The notes beneath the pieces were generated by a model, which did no database searches, was not told where the DNA came from, and saw only the letters and a program-made list of their open reading frames with translations. This document shows positions 52,786 through 62,410 of a stretch of 64,000 bases of DNA, one piece after another (within the stretch, counting starts at the first letter, position 1; each line of letters opens with the position of its first letter). Location of the stretch: NCBI GenBank assembly GCA_031262165.1, contig JAISIF010000071.1:78-64077 (forward strand), written 5' to 3'. Origin of the DNA: Myxococcales bacterium. GTDB taxonomy: Bacteria > Myxococcota > Myxococcia > Myxococcales > UBA5297. The position numbers and the translations under genes are program-made.

Positions 52786-53238
52786 ATGTCGATGGGCAAG
52801 ATCCCGGATTCGAGCCAGGGCGGCGACGGCCTCGATGACGGCGTCGTGGCCGAGATCAACATCACGCCGCTGACCGACATCTTCCTGGTGCTCCTCGTCA
52901 TCTTCATGGTGACGAGCTCGGCATTGGTGGATGCCGGTGGTCAGGAAGGTGTCCAGGTCGATCTGCCGGGCGATGGCCGCGCGGCAGAGCAGATCGGCGC
53001 GAGCCATGACCTCGTGGTGGCTATCCTCGAGGACGGTCGCGCGATCAGCGGTGGCAGAGAGCTGAGCGACGACGAGCTGAGCGCCATGTTCGATGACGCC
53101 ACGCACGTCTCGGGCACGACGACGCTCATCCTCCAGGCCGACCGGGGCGTGCCGCACGGTCGCGTGGTCCAAGTCATGGAGCTCGCCAAGTCCAAAGGGC
53201 TCTCGAACCTGGCCATCGCAACGCGGACAGCGGAATGA
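52786..53238 (+). CDS. ExbD/TolR-family protein
   Basis: The signature is AEINITPLTDIFLVLLVIFMVTS. There is a periplasmic C-terminal domain. The gene starts 3 nt after the previous gene. Confidence 0.85.
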   Translation: MSMGKIPDSSQGGDGLDDGVVAEINITPLTDIFLVLLVIFMVTSSALVDAGGQEGVQVDLPGDGRAAEQIGASHDLVVAILEDGRAISGGRELSDDELSAMFDDATHVSGTTTLILQADRGVPHGRVVQVMELAKSKGLSNLAIATRTAE

Positions 53239-53288
53239 TTGAGCGCTTCATTGAAGAGAACCTCTCAAAAATCAATCATCCGACAATA

Positions 53289-53425
53289 CATCGTCACTGC
53301 GAGGAACGCGGCGACGAATCAATTCATTGACGTTCGATCTCGATATTCTCTCGGAATCGCTTCGCTTTGAGTGCAACGGCGGATCGATGTCGTGAGGCAC
53401 GCAGCGACGAATCAATTTATTGGCG
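53289..53425. repeat. Family-B short repeats (three motif copies: +, -, +)
   Basis: Copies: catcgtcactgcgaggaacgcggcgacgaatcaattcattgacg (53289-53332); ggaatcgcttcgctttgagtgcaacgg (53353-53379, inverted); gtcgtgaggcacgcagcgacgaatcaatttattggcg (53389-53425). Confidence 0.55.
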
Positions 53426-53597
53426 ATTTTCTTCGACGAGAAAATTTGATGCATGGAAAATCAATCGACGATTTTCGAACCGAAGCAAATGAACGAATTT
53501 TTTTGATAAAACACAAAACACCCTGCCGAATTCATTTCTCCAGCAGGGTGTCTGTTGAATCATTCGATGATGGATTGCTTTAATTGTTTTCCTGAGC

Positions 53598-54344
53598 TCA
53601 GGCGACGTCTTCAGCATCCTCTGAGTCGGCTGGTGCAGCGCTCTTCTCCGGCCTGAGGTCGAGCATCTTGACGACGGAATTGCCGAGCTTGTGGGCGAGC
53701 GCCTTGTTGACGCCGCCAGAGACCAGGGCTCCCATGAGCGGGACGGCGCGCAGGAGGCCTTTGCCCGAGAAGAGGATGGCCAGCTTCACGAAGAGGATCG
53801 CGACGATCTTGCCGAGCTGGCGCGGCGTGTAGTGCCAGACGGCGTCCACCTCGATCTTCAGGAAGTCGGCGATGGGCACGCTGCCGGGCGTCGATTCGTA
53901 GGTGTGCGCGGCGGCCAGGTAATAGGCCAGCTGCCGCTCGCGTGGATCGTGGATGTCGAAGCCCCTCAAGGAGGCGAGGGAGAGCACCATTTCGATCTCG
54001 TATTTGAGGCAAAAGGTCATGTCCACGAGCCCACCACCGACGAAAGCGGTCGCGGTCCCAATGCCGGGGATGATCGCCGGGAGCGAGGCGGCGCCACCGG
54101 CCAGGGCCGCGCGGTTCGCGTAGCGGGCGATGAGCTTCTTCTCGGCCAGCGCGCGGATTTGGATGCCCGGGACGTCGCTGGGCAGCTTCTGCCGGATCTC
54201 CTGGATGCTCTCCTCGACCTGGAGTTCGATCTGGTCGGGCGTGTCGAGGATGCGCTCGACGGCCCTGAGCAGCTGGGCACCCGAGGCCTCTGCGGACGAC
54301 GCATCGCTCTGCTCTTCTGGAACCTTCGCGGACTTCTTGCTCAT
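53598..54344 (-). CDS. EcsC-like family protein
   Basis: This lies in ORF 53598..54425. The ATG at 54344 follows AGGAG. Segments IARYANRAALAGGAASLPAIIPGIGTATAFVGGGLVDMTFCLKYEIEMVLSLASLRGFD and VPLMGALVSGGVNKALAHKLG resemble B. subtilis EcsC (from memory). Confidence 0.5.
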   Translation of the reverse strand: MSKKSAKVPEEQSDASSAEASGAQLLRAVERILDTPDQIELQVEESIQEIRQKLPSDVPGIQIRALAEKKLIARYANRAALAGGAASLPAIIPGIGTATAFVGGGLVDMTFCLKYEIEMVLSLASLRGFDIHDPRERQLAYYLAAAHTYESTPGSVPIADFLKIEVDAVWHYTPRQLGKIVAILFVKLAILFSGKGLLRAVPLMGALVSGGVNKALAHKLGNSVVKMLDLRPEKSAAPADSEDAEDVA

Positions 54345-54728
54345 GGGGAACTCCTGAGGTGAGGGGGATGGATGTGGATGAGGTTGGGCGAGGGGATGCG
54401 GCGAACGACCGGGCGCCTTTAGCACGGCGCTTTCGAGCGGCGAAATTCATTCGGCCCATCTTGACCGCCACGCCTTGCCTTCGCCCTGGATTGCTTCGCT
54501 TCGCTCGCAGTGACGGATCGCGCCGAGGCGAGCTGTCGGCTCAACGGTGCGAAGGGATCGACGAGCGACCAAACTCGACTCGATCGGCTCTGAAAAGAGA
54601 CCCGGTCCAAGGGAATCGCCTCGGTGGGGCAGACCTCAAAATCGCCGCCACTTCGTCACAGGCCTTTGCTATGGAGCGCCCCCTTTTCACCCGCCGGATC
54701 CATCCCTCGAATCGAAAGGATCTCTCTC

Positions 54729-55190
54729 ATGGCAAGCGTCAACAAAGTCATCATCGTCGGCAACCTCGGGCGCGATCCCGAGGTGCGCTACACGGCGTCG
54801 GGTCAGCCCGTGGCCAACTTCAGCGTGGCGACGAGCGAGCGCTGGACCGACAAGAACACCGGTCAGCCCCAGGAAAAGACCGAATGGCACCGCATCGTCG
54901 TCTGGGGAAAGCAGGCCGCCAACTGCGGGCAATATCTAAAGAAGGGCCGCTCGGTTTACGTCGAAGGCCGACTCCAGACGCGGGAGTGGGTCGATCCCAA
55001 GGACAACCAGAAGCGCTACGTCACCGAGATCGTCGCGAATCAGGTGCAGTTCCTGGGTGGCCGCGATGGCGCAGGCGATCCGCGCCCCATGCCGGACGGC
55101 AATGATTTCGGACCGCCGCCCCCAGAGTTTGCCTCTGATGCCAGCGCCTCGTCCGGCAGCAGCAGCCCAGACGAGGACATCCCCTTCTAA
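54729..55190 (+). CDS. ssb: Single-stranded DNA-binding protein
   Basis: The N-terminus is [40 protein letters not shown] Gly/Pro-rich tail ends in the acidic tip DEDIPF. Confidence 0.95.
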   Translation: MASVNKVIIVGNLGRDPEVRYTASGQPVANFSVATSERWTDKNTGQPQEKTEWHRIVVWGKQAANCGQYLKKGRSVYVEGRLQTREWVDPKDNQKRYVTEIVANQVQFLGGRDGAGDPRPMPDGNDFGPPPPEFASDASASSGSSSPDEDIPF

Positions 55191-55351
55191 GAATTTGATC
55201 CTCGATAAAATTCAATGTGGTGAACATCAAAAATGCGCCGGGAGATTCATCGAATTCGGATCTTCCGGCGTGTTTGTCTTTTGAGAGTTCATCAGAATTA
55301 TTAGCTATTTTTCTAGACGAGGGGATTCATCCCCCAGGGCAATCGAGTTCC

Positions 55352-55519
55352 AAGGACCTATCCATCGACATCGATTAGGACCTTTGCACCGCGAAGGCCG
55401 GGGAAAGCCAGACTTCGGCGCGAGGCGAGAGCTTCCAGAAGGAAGTGACCATCGAAGCAACGAGGGCTGGCGTTTCACGGAGAAGCGGGGCGACGGGACA
55501 ATCTATGAATAGAACCTAA
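55352..55519 (+). mobile_element. Family-A MITE-like repeat, copy 5 (right end degenerate)
   Basis: Sequence: aaggacctatccatcgacatcgattaggacctttgcaccgcgaagg...ggaagtgaccatcgaagcaacgagggctggcgtttcacgg... Confidence 0.8.
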
Positions 55520-55788
55520 ATGTTCTTTTTTTGGCCGATGTTCGAGCATCCAGTTTCATCCTGAAAAAGAAAATCGAACCAACGGCACCGACAGCGAATG
55601 GCTGCCTTCAAAGCCTTTCAAGCCTTGTTTGGTTAGAGCTCGATTTCCCTGGTTTATCCCCATGGATTGCGCGTCGAAGGATCGTCGATGACAAGAACTT
55701 GAAACCTCTCGTCTGGAATGAATGTTCGGCATCAAAAGATAAACAATCAAACCATCATTGATTCTGAACTCGATGAGGAGAATCCATC

Positions 55789-56592
55789 ATGGGGCTCTTG
55801 GATTGGTTGGCCCGGATGCTCAGGTTGCCCGCGAGGAGGCAGCTCGTGGCCATGACACCGAATGACCCTCGGCTTCAGCAATCACCCGAGGAACTGTGCG
55901 AGGCGCTCGATCGGGAAAAGGCGCGCTCTGCAGAGCTGGCCCGCGCCTATGCCGGGCAGCTCAACGATCGGAAGGCGTTCCAGGCACGCCTCCAGAGGGA
56001 ACAGGAGCGAGCCATCGGCATGGCGCAGGGCAAGGTGGCCTGTGATCTCCTCGACATCTCGGACGAGATCGAGCGGGCGCTCGGCGTGGCCCAGGGTGAC
56101 GAGAGCGCGCTGGCCCAGGGCGTTCGGATGATTCACTCCGAGGTTCAGAAGCGGCTCCATGCCCTGGGGGTGAAACGCCTGACGCTCACCGGCACGCGCT
56201 TCGATCCGAACCTCGCCGAAGCGCTGGAGGTCCTGCCGGTCGAGAGGCCCGAGGAGGACGAGCTGGTCATCGATGAGCTGCGGCCAGGGTTCGCGCTCGG
56301 CGATCAGGTGATCCGCACCGCGCGGGTGACGGTCGGCCGCTACGTCGCGCCAGTCCAGGCTGCCTCGGATCGCAATCCATCATCGGAGCAGGCGAATCTG
56401 GATGGCGCTACCGCCGATGCCTCTGGGCAATGCTCACCTCGAGTCGCCCCCAATCTCGAAGCATCGCTTCCGGCGGAGAGATCGACCTCGACTCCCGCTC
56501 GATCCGAGCAAGCGGACCAGGCGACAGAAGTGCTGCCTGCCGAGATCGCGACCGAGGCGGCGATCGAATCAGCGCCCGTGGAACAGGTCTGA
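55789..56592 (+). CDS. grpE: GrpE-like nucleotide exchange factor with a long C-terminal extension
   Basis: Matching segment: RLQREQERAIGMAQGKVACDLLDISDEIERAL...VQKRLHALGVKRLTLTGTRFDPNLAEALEVLP...VIDELRPGFALGDQVIRTARVTV. No dnaK gene is adjacent. Confidence 0.78.
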   Translation: MGLLDWLARMLRLPARRQLVAMTPNDPRLQQSPEELCEALDREKARSAELARAYAGQLNDRKAFQARLQREQERAIGMAQGKVACDLLDISDEIERALGVAQGDESALAQGVRMIHSEVQKRLHALGVKRLTLTGTRFDPNLAEALEVLPVERPEEDELVIDELRPGFALGDQVIRTARVTVGRYVAPVQAASDRNPSSEQANLDGATADASGQCSPRVAPNLEASLPAERSTSTPARSEQADQATEVLPAEIATEAAIESAPVEQV

Positions 56593-56648
56593 GCCCGTAG
56601 AGCTCTATTTCTCAGCGGTCGTGTCGGAGCGTTGCGCGCGGCGCCCCG

Positions 56649-56802
56649 AAGGACTTGCCCCTCAATGAGGACCGAGCAACGCGAAGGACGGAGAAAGCCA
56701 GACGAGGCGCGAGCTTCCAGACGGAAGTGAAGAGCGAAGCAACGAAGGCTGGCGTTTCACGGACGAGCTTTGGCGACGGGATAATGAAGGGATACGTCCT
56801 AA
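56649..56802 (+). mobile_element. Family-A MITE-like repeat, copy 6
   Basis: Sequence: aaggacttgcccctcaatgaggaccgagcaacgcgaagg...ggaagtgaagagcgaagcaacgaaggctggcgtttcacggacgag...gggataatgaagggatacgtcctaa. Confidence 0.85.
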
Positions 56803-56875
56803 GACGAACGCACGGCCCTTGGTCGCGACAACGCCAGGACTCGATTGCCCTGAGCGAACGCCGAGGCGGGTGGCG

Positions 56876-57514
56876 TCACTCCAGATCGAGATCTTCCAGG
56901 CGAGCTTCGAGCTCCCGGATGCGCTTCTCCAGGGCGCTCATCTCCTTGGCGAGTGTCGGGAGCGCCGAGAGCCGACCGACCGTCTGCTGGACGCTGCTGT
57001 CGAGCTGGCGGTGCCAGTCATCGACCGACTTTTGGATCTGCGTGAGCAGCTCCTTGGACTGATCGACCTTGGTCTGGAGCTGTGAGGCCTTCTTCTTGTT
57101 GGCCTCGGCGCTGTTCGACGACGCGATCGCTGGCGTCCCAGCGTGCGAGGTGCGGCTCTTCTTGGCGTAGAGCCCTCCAGCGTAGGAGGTCACCTGCTTG
57201 ACGCTCGACTGCAGGGAGTCGCTGATCTGGGCGCCACGGCTGCGGATGAGGTCGAGCAACATGCCGATGGGCATGAGCGACACCTTCTTCTCCTGCTCGA
57301 AGATGATCTGCGTCAGCGTGACAGAGGTGAGATCTTCCTGCGTTTTGTTGTCGATGATGCGGACTTCCTCTCCCATTCGGATGGCGTCAGCGATCTCATC
57401 CAGCGTCACGTAGGCGCTCTCCTCGGTGTCGTAGAGCTTCCGGTTCGCGTAGCGCTTGATGATGCGCGGGGCACGGGGCCCTTTGGCGGGCCTGCTGGAA
57501 GATGGCATGCGCAT
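56876..57514 (-). CDS. phaR: PhaR-like polyhydroxyalkanoate synthesis regulator
   Basis: The N-terminal domain (IIKRYANRKLYDTEESAYVTLDEIADAIRMGEEVRIIDNKTQEDLTSVTLTQIIFEQEKK) matches the PhaR/PHB-accumulation regulator DNA-binding domain. The C-terminus is a coiled coil. Confidence 0.78.
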   Translation of the reverse strand: MRMPSSSRPAKGPRAPRIIKRYANRKLYDTEESAYVTLDEIADAIRMGEEVRIIDNKTQEDLTSVTLTQIIFEQEKKVSLMPIGMLLDLIRSRGAQISDSLQSSVKQVTSYAGGLYAKKSRTSHAGTPAIASSNSAEANKKKASQLQTKVDQSKELLTQIQKSVDDWHRQLDSSVQQTVGRLSALPTLAKEMSALEKRIRELEARLEDLDLE

Positions 57515-57599
57515 GGGGTGTCCTCGATGGGGGGGGGGCGGCTCGGAAAAAGGCGGCGGACTCTAGTCGAAGCAGAGGCCATTCAAAGGGGTTCTTTCC

Positions 57600-57768
57600 A
57601 AGGACTTATCCCTTCATTATCCCGGCGCCCCACTTGTCCGTGAAACGCCAGCCTTCGTTGCTTCGCTCTTCACTTCCTTCTGGGAGCTCCCGCCTCGCGC
57701 CTCGTCTGACTTTCCCCGGCCTGCGTCCTGCGCGGTGCAAAGGTCCTAATGAAGGGATGAGTCCTAAG
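57600..57768 (-). mobile_element. Family-A MITE-like repeat, copy 7 (best-preserved, 169 bp)
   Basis: The ends are aaggacttatcccttcattatccc...ggtcctaatgaagggatgagtcctaag, giving terminal inverted repeats of about 20-25 nt. The core is cttcgttgcttcgctcttcacttcc. Confidence 0.88.
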
Positions 57769-58079
57769 AGTCAGGGAGATGGCCTTCTGGTGAGAGCGAT
57801 GCCGCTCGCCTTGTCGGCTTCACCGACATCCCTCTCGATGAAGGGAGCATCTTCCCAAAACGTCTCCCTCTCAGACGGAGGCGGCGCGGAAGGCTGTCGA
57901 GAGAAGGCGCTTTGCAGTGGATGGAATGCGAGCCTCCCACCCAAGTGCCCTCGTCACAGGCCATTGCCTTTCGATGCGCAAAGGCGTCGTGTGCGCGGCC
58001 CTTCACACCTGCCGTTCAGCAGGCCGAACGCTCGCTCGTCCCTCGGCAGGCTCACCGAGGACGAGCGCGCCGGTGACGA

Positions 58080-59426
58080 ATGAAAAAAAAGATGAACTTG
58101 TCCCAGACGCTCCAACAGACCTTTCGCTCGCTCGCGCACCGCAATTACCGCCTGTTCATCAGCGGCCAGCTCGCCTCGATGATCGGGACGTGGCTCCAGT
58201 CCGTGGCGCAGTCATGGCTGGTCTATCGGCTGACGGGCTCGTCCCTGCTACTCGGCGCGCTCACGTTCGCGCTCCAGTTCCCGCTGATCCTGATCGCGCC
58301 GTTTGGTGGCGTGTTCGCCGATCGCTTCCCGCGTCGACCCCTGCTCATGGCCACGGCCGGCGCGCTCTCGACCCTGACCCTCGTGCTCGGCGTGCTGACG
58401 ATCTCCGCGAACATCTCGATCGAACTCCTGTTCCTCTTTGCCCTGTTCATGGGCGTGACGAACGGCGTGGACAACCCAACGCGCCAGGCCTTCGTCGTGG
58501 AGATGGTCGGCAAGCGGGACCTGCCCAACGCCATCGCCCTCAACTCCTCGATCGTAAACATGGCGCGCATCGTGGGGCCAGCGCTGGCAGGCCTGCTCGT
58601 GGCCACGGTGGGCGAGGGCTGGTGCTTCATCATCAATGGGCTGAGCTTCACCGTCGTCCTCATCATGCTCACCCGCATTCGCCTCGACGAATCGGCGCGC
58701 GCGGTCGCTCACCGAACGGGCGGCGGCCTCCGGTTGGCACTCCGCGAGATGGGACGAGGCCTGGCCTTCGTGACGCGCTCGCTGCCCATGCGCTCGCTCC
58801 TCCTCCTCGTCGGGCTCATCAGCCTGGTCGGCATGCCCTACGTCGTGCTCATGCCGATCTTTGCCGATCAGATCCTCGGCAGTGGCTCTGGCACGCTGGG
58901 ACTGCTGCTCGGCGCCAATGGCGTGGGCGCGCTGTCGAGCGCCCTGTGGCTGGCCGCACGTGGGAGCGCTCGGGGATTGGAGCGCTGGGTCGCGCGGGCC
59001 GCGCTGGGCTTTGGCGTCCTGCTCATCGGCTTCTCGCTGTCGGAGTGGCTGTGGCTCTCGCTCTTCCTGCTGCCGGGCCTCGGCGCGTGCGCCGTGATGC
59101 AGATGGCCTCGACCAACACGCTGCTGCAGACGCTCACCACGGACGAGATGCGCGGGCGCGTCATGGCCGCCTACTCGATGATGTTCTTCGGGATGTCGCC
59201 GCTGGGCGCGCTGATGGCTGGGGCCGTCGCCGATCGCATCGGCACACCGCGCACGGTGATGCTCGGTGGGCTCCTGTCGCTCGGCGGCGCTCTGGCCTTT
59301 CGCTACTTCCTGCCCCGGATCGAGCGGGCCATCGCGCTCCAACGCGAGGCGACCAGCCACAGCCAGACCGGGCTGGACACGGCGTCGAGTGCCGAGGTGC
59401 AGAGCCCTTCGGACGAGCCGCCGTGA
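58080..59426 (+). CDS. MFS transporter (MFS_3 / EntS-like)
   Basis: The N-terminus (FRSLAHRNYRLFISGQLASMIGTWLQSVAQSWLVYRLTGS) is followed by about 12 TM helices. Confidence 0.85.
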   Translation: MKKKMNLSQTLQQTFRSLAHRNYRLFISGQLASMIGTWLQSVAQSWLVYRLTGSSLLLGALTFALQFPLILIAPFGGVFADRFPRRPLLMATAGALSTLTLVLGVLTISANISIELLFLFALFMGVTNGVDNPTRQAFVVEMVGKRDLPNAIALNSSIVNMARIVGPALAGLLVATVGEGWCFIINGLSFTVVLIMLTRIRLDESARAVAHRTGGGLRLALREMGRGLAFVTRSLPMRSLLLLVGLISLVGMPYVVLMPIFADQILGSGSGTLGLLLGANGVGALSSALWLAARGSARGLERWVARAALGFGVLLIGFSLSEWLWLSLFLLPGLGACAVMQMASTNTLLQTLTTDEMRGRVMAAYSMMFFGMSPLGALMAGAVADRIGTPRTVMLGGLLSLGGALAFRYFLPRIERAIALQREATSHSQTGLDTASSAEVQSPSDEPP

Positions 59427-59441
59427 GTCGGACGACCGCCA

Positions 59442-61028
59442 TCAAAGATCGACGACCCCATCGGAATCGAAGTCGGGCGCGTGAGCGTCCACGCATCGCG
59501 AGACTAAACGGCGAGCAGCCAAGAGGGCGTTCTCTCCGTGCTCAGGGCCCTCCCCCAGACACTCCCCTTCCGCCAGCAGCACCCGGGCATCACCGCATTG
59601 CTGCTGACTGGCCGCGATGATGCTGAGCCAGGCCAAGGCTCTGACCGGCGTCTCGCCGAAGTCGCGGGCGCCGAGGAGATAGATTTTGGCTCCAGCGAGA
59701 TCGCCCGCCGCGAGACGCTCCTGGCCAAGGTCGATGAGGCTATCGGCGTCGAGGCCGAAGAGCACGGCGCGCGGTGAGCTGACGTCGCCTGTCGCGACAG
59801 AGGCAAGGCCGAACTCGATCCCAGCGAGGCACAGAATCCCGGCCAGCCCACCAGCGATGCGCAACCCCCAGCAACGCTTTCGAGAAGGAGGCGCGGGGCG
59901 GGGATAGGAGGGCTCGAGGCCGAGCGCGGTCATTCGATCGCAAAGGTCGGCATGGCTCGTCCTCCCACCGAAGACCGCTGGCGTCAGGGTGCTGATGTGG
60001 AGCTTCTCCAACGCGCGAGCGAGGTGGAGCGCGTTCCCGGCTTCGGCCGTCACGGCATCCGCCTGGCTCTCGTGGCGGTTGAAAGCCAGCGGCGCCAGCA
60101 GCATCGAGAACACGATGACGGCACCGATGAGCAGAAAACCCCACGTTCCAAACCAGCTCTCGAAAAAGCTGGACCAGACGAGGGGCAAGGGAAGGAACAC
60201 GAGCGCCGCGCGACCGATCCTGACGCCACGACTCTCTTCGAGGTGGCCGAGCTCGTGGCACAACACGGCGACGAGCTCATCGTCATCGAGAACTTCGAGC
60301 GCCGCCGTGGTGACCGCGACCCTTCTGGTGAGCGGAAACACGAACGCGTTGGCGTGGTGCCAGCGCAGCTCATGGACGTCCTTCACCCATTCTCCGAGCA
60401 TTTCAGAGGCGCGTTCTGTGGCTCGTTGAAGGCGTGCGTCTCCGCGGCGCGCCAGTCTCAAAAATCGGGCGATGTCCAGGGCAAACCCTGTGTGGGTTGC
60501 CGCCACCGCGATCAGCCCCATGAGCATCAGCCCGGCCGCGACGCTTCCGAGATGAGGCGGACAGAACAGCGCAAGCCCGACGGCGATCAACAGGTGCGGA
60601 CAGAAGAAGAGCAGCAACACGATCCAGCCCTGCAGATAGCTGCTGCCTGAGAGGCGCGGGTAGCCAAGCGCGCGTTCGGCGCGCACGCGGAAGGCGAAGA
60701 ACACGCTGAGGATGCCGATGTTGACCGCCATGCTGGTGACGCCACGGGGGCCTGTCAGCTCACCAGAGTGGAGATCGATCAAGACGACGACAGCCATCAT
60801 CCAGATGTAGAGGCCCGCTATCCACTGCCCAGTGCGGACCTCTTGCGCGATGCGCGCGCGTTCGAACCACGGCAGCTCGCCCGCTCCACGCAGTGGATGA
60901 AGGCCGAGGACGGTGGTCACCCCGACGCCCACCAGCGCCGTGAACACTGAGACGAGGAAGGCAACGGCGATCGGGCCCCACCGCAGCCAGATGGGCAAAA
61001 GCTCAAGGGCTTCGTCGAACGCGGTCAT
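59442..61028 (-). CDS. Polytopic membrane M48-family zinc metallopeptidase-like protein
   Basis: Several N-terminal TM helices are followed by an HExxH motif (LVAVLCHELGHLEE) and a downstream Glu (NRHESQAD). The start overlaps the stop of the upstream radical SAM gene (ATGA). Confidence 0.72.
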   Translation of the reverse strand: MTAFDEALELLPIWLRWGPIAVAFLVSVFTALVGVGVTTVLGLHPLRGAGELPWFERARIAQEVRTGQWIAGLYIWMMAVVVLIDLHSGELTGPRGVTSMAVNIGILSVFFAFRVRAERALGYPRLSGSSYLQGWIVLLLFFCPHLLIAVGLALFCPPHLGSVAAGLMLMGLIAVAATHTGFALDIARFLRLARRGDARLQRATERASEMLGEWVKDVHELRWHHANAFVFPLTRRVAVTTAALEVLDDDELVAVLCHELGHLEESRGVRIGRAALVFLPLPLVWSSFFESWFGTWGFLLIGAVIVFSMLLAPLAFNRHESQADAVTAEAGNALHLARALEKLHISTLTPAVFGGRTSHADLCDRMTALGLEPSYPRPAPPSRKRCWGLRIAGGLAGILCLAGIEFGLASVATGDVSSPRAVLFGLDADSLIDLGQERLAAGDLAGAKIYLLGARDFGETPVRALAWLSIIAASQQQCGDARVLLAEGECLGEGPEHGENALLAARRLVSRCVDAHAPDFDSDGVVDL

Positions 61029-62323
61029 GAATTCCTGGGCGCCCGCTCATCCAGCCCGCGCGCGAAGTTGCCGATGCGCAGCCACGGCGCCTCTTCCAGC
61101 AAGAGATCGATCATCGCGCGCACGCCGATGGGGTCACCGCCAGCGCCACGGCCTCGGGCGAGCGCGAGATACTGCTCCGGGTCGATACACAGCGAGCGCG
61201 TCTGGATCTGATCGACGTGGAACTCGACGACGAGATCACGCAGCCGCTCCACCTCTCCCAGTCGATCGTTCACGCCCGGCATGGAGAGGAGGTTGAGCGC
61301 GATGTAGGCCCCCGCCTCGCGTGCCAGGCCAATGGAGCGGCGCACGTCGGCGAGCGCGTAGCCCTGAGGCGCGTAGTAGGCGCCGTAGAGGGCGGGATCG
61401 GCCGAGTTGAGGCTGAAGCGAACCGCGTCGAGCCCCTGGTCCAGAAGAAGGCTGAGGCCCTTGGTGAGGCTGCCGTTCGTGTTGATGTTGATCGAGCCGC
61501 GCGGCGTCACCTGGCGCATCCGCCTCATGGCCTCGGCGAGCTCGCTCGCTCGCGTCAATGGCTCACCCTCGCAGCCCTGACCAAAGCTGACCATCGCGTG
61601 GCCCGTGGCGTGGGTGAGGTGATGCGCGCCGAGCTCGGCCAGATCCTCGATCGTTGGCAGATCGTCGAGGCGGCTCATCGACGACGGTGGCCCCCCTGGG
61701 CGACGCTCACTGATGCAGCCCAGGCAGCGCGCATTGCAGGTGTTGGAGGAGGGCAGCCCGCCCTCGTCACGACCGTAAAAGATGTTCTGCGCCGTAAAGC
61801 AGCGCTCGACGAGCGCGCAGTGCGTCAGATGGCGGACCACGCCGTTGTTCGGCAGGCGCGCGCACAGCGCATCGACGCGGCCTTGCAGCTCTGGCGTCGA
61901 GAAATGGCTCGAGTTCCAGTGATCGCGCTCGTCTGTCCGAACGGCAAAAACGACGGGACCGCTCTCTCCCCAGCCCGCCGCGGTGTAGGCCCACTGCGGC
62001 AGGTTGTCGGGCGCGACCTTGGCCGCGGCAGGAAGGAAGGTGCGCGTGTAGCCAGGCGGCAGAAGCGCGGCCACGACGTTCGGCGCGAAGCGGCGGCCAT
62101 CGATCTCAAAGCTGTCGAGCCGCGCGAGGTGGCCCGTCTTTGGGTTGAAGCCGATCGGCCTGTGACCGGGCAGATGCGCCAGGCGGCCGCCACAGTCGGG
62201 CAGAGGGATGGGCGGCTCGTCGGCCAAGAGCAGGTCGTCACCAGAGCGCACTGGCGCGAGCAACGTGGGGTGCTCGAGAACGAGTCCCTCGGGCGTGGCT
62301 AGGAGGAGTTTGGGCTGCGTCAT
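61025..62323 (-). CDS. Radical SAM domain protein with a ~190-aa N-terminal extension of unknown function
   Basis: The CxxxCxxC cluster reads SNTCNARCLGCIS. It is followed by FGQGCEGEPL, NINTNGSL and AVRFSLNS, as in radical SAM cores. Confidence 0.8.
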   Translation of the reverse strand: MTQPKLLLATPEGLVLEHPTLLAPVRSGDDLLLADEPPIPLPDCGGRLAHLPGHRPIGFNPKTGHLARLDSFEIDGRRFAPNVVAALLPPGYTRTFLPAAAKVAPDNLPQWAYTAAGWGESGPVVFAVRTDERDHWNSSHFSTPELQGRVDALCARLPNNGVVRHLTHCALVERCFTAQNIFYGRDEGGLPSSNTCNARCLGCISERRPGGPPSSMSRLDDLPTIEDLAELGAHHLTHATGHAMVSFGQGCEGEPLTRASELAEAMRRMRQVTPRGSININTNGSLTKGLSLLLDQGLDAVRFSLNSADPALYGAYYAPQGYALADVRRSIGLAREAGAYIALNLLSMPGVNDRLGEVERLRDLVVEFHVDQIQTRSLCIDPEQYLALARGRGAGGDPIGVRAMIDLLLEEAPWLRIGNFARGLDERAPRNS

Positions 62324-62410
62324 GCGGGGGTCTCTCTAGAGGAGCGATGCGTTTTCTTAGGAGCGACACATGCGTCGCCGCCCCACACGCCATGACTCGA
62401 CGTCAAAGCC

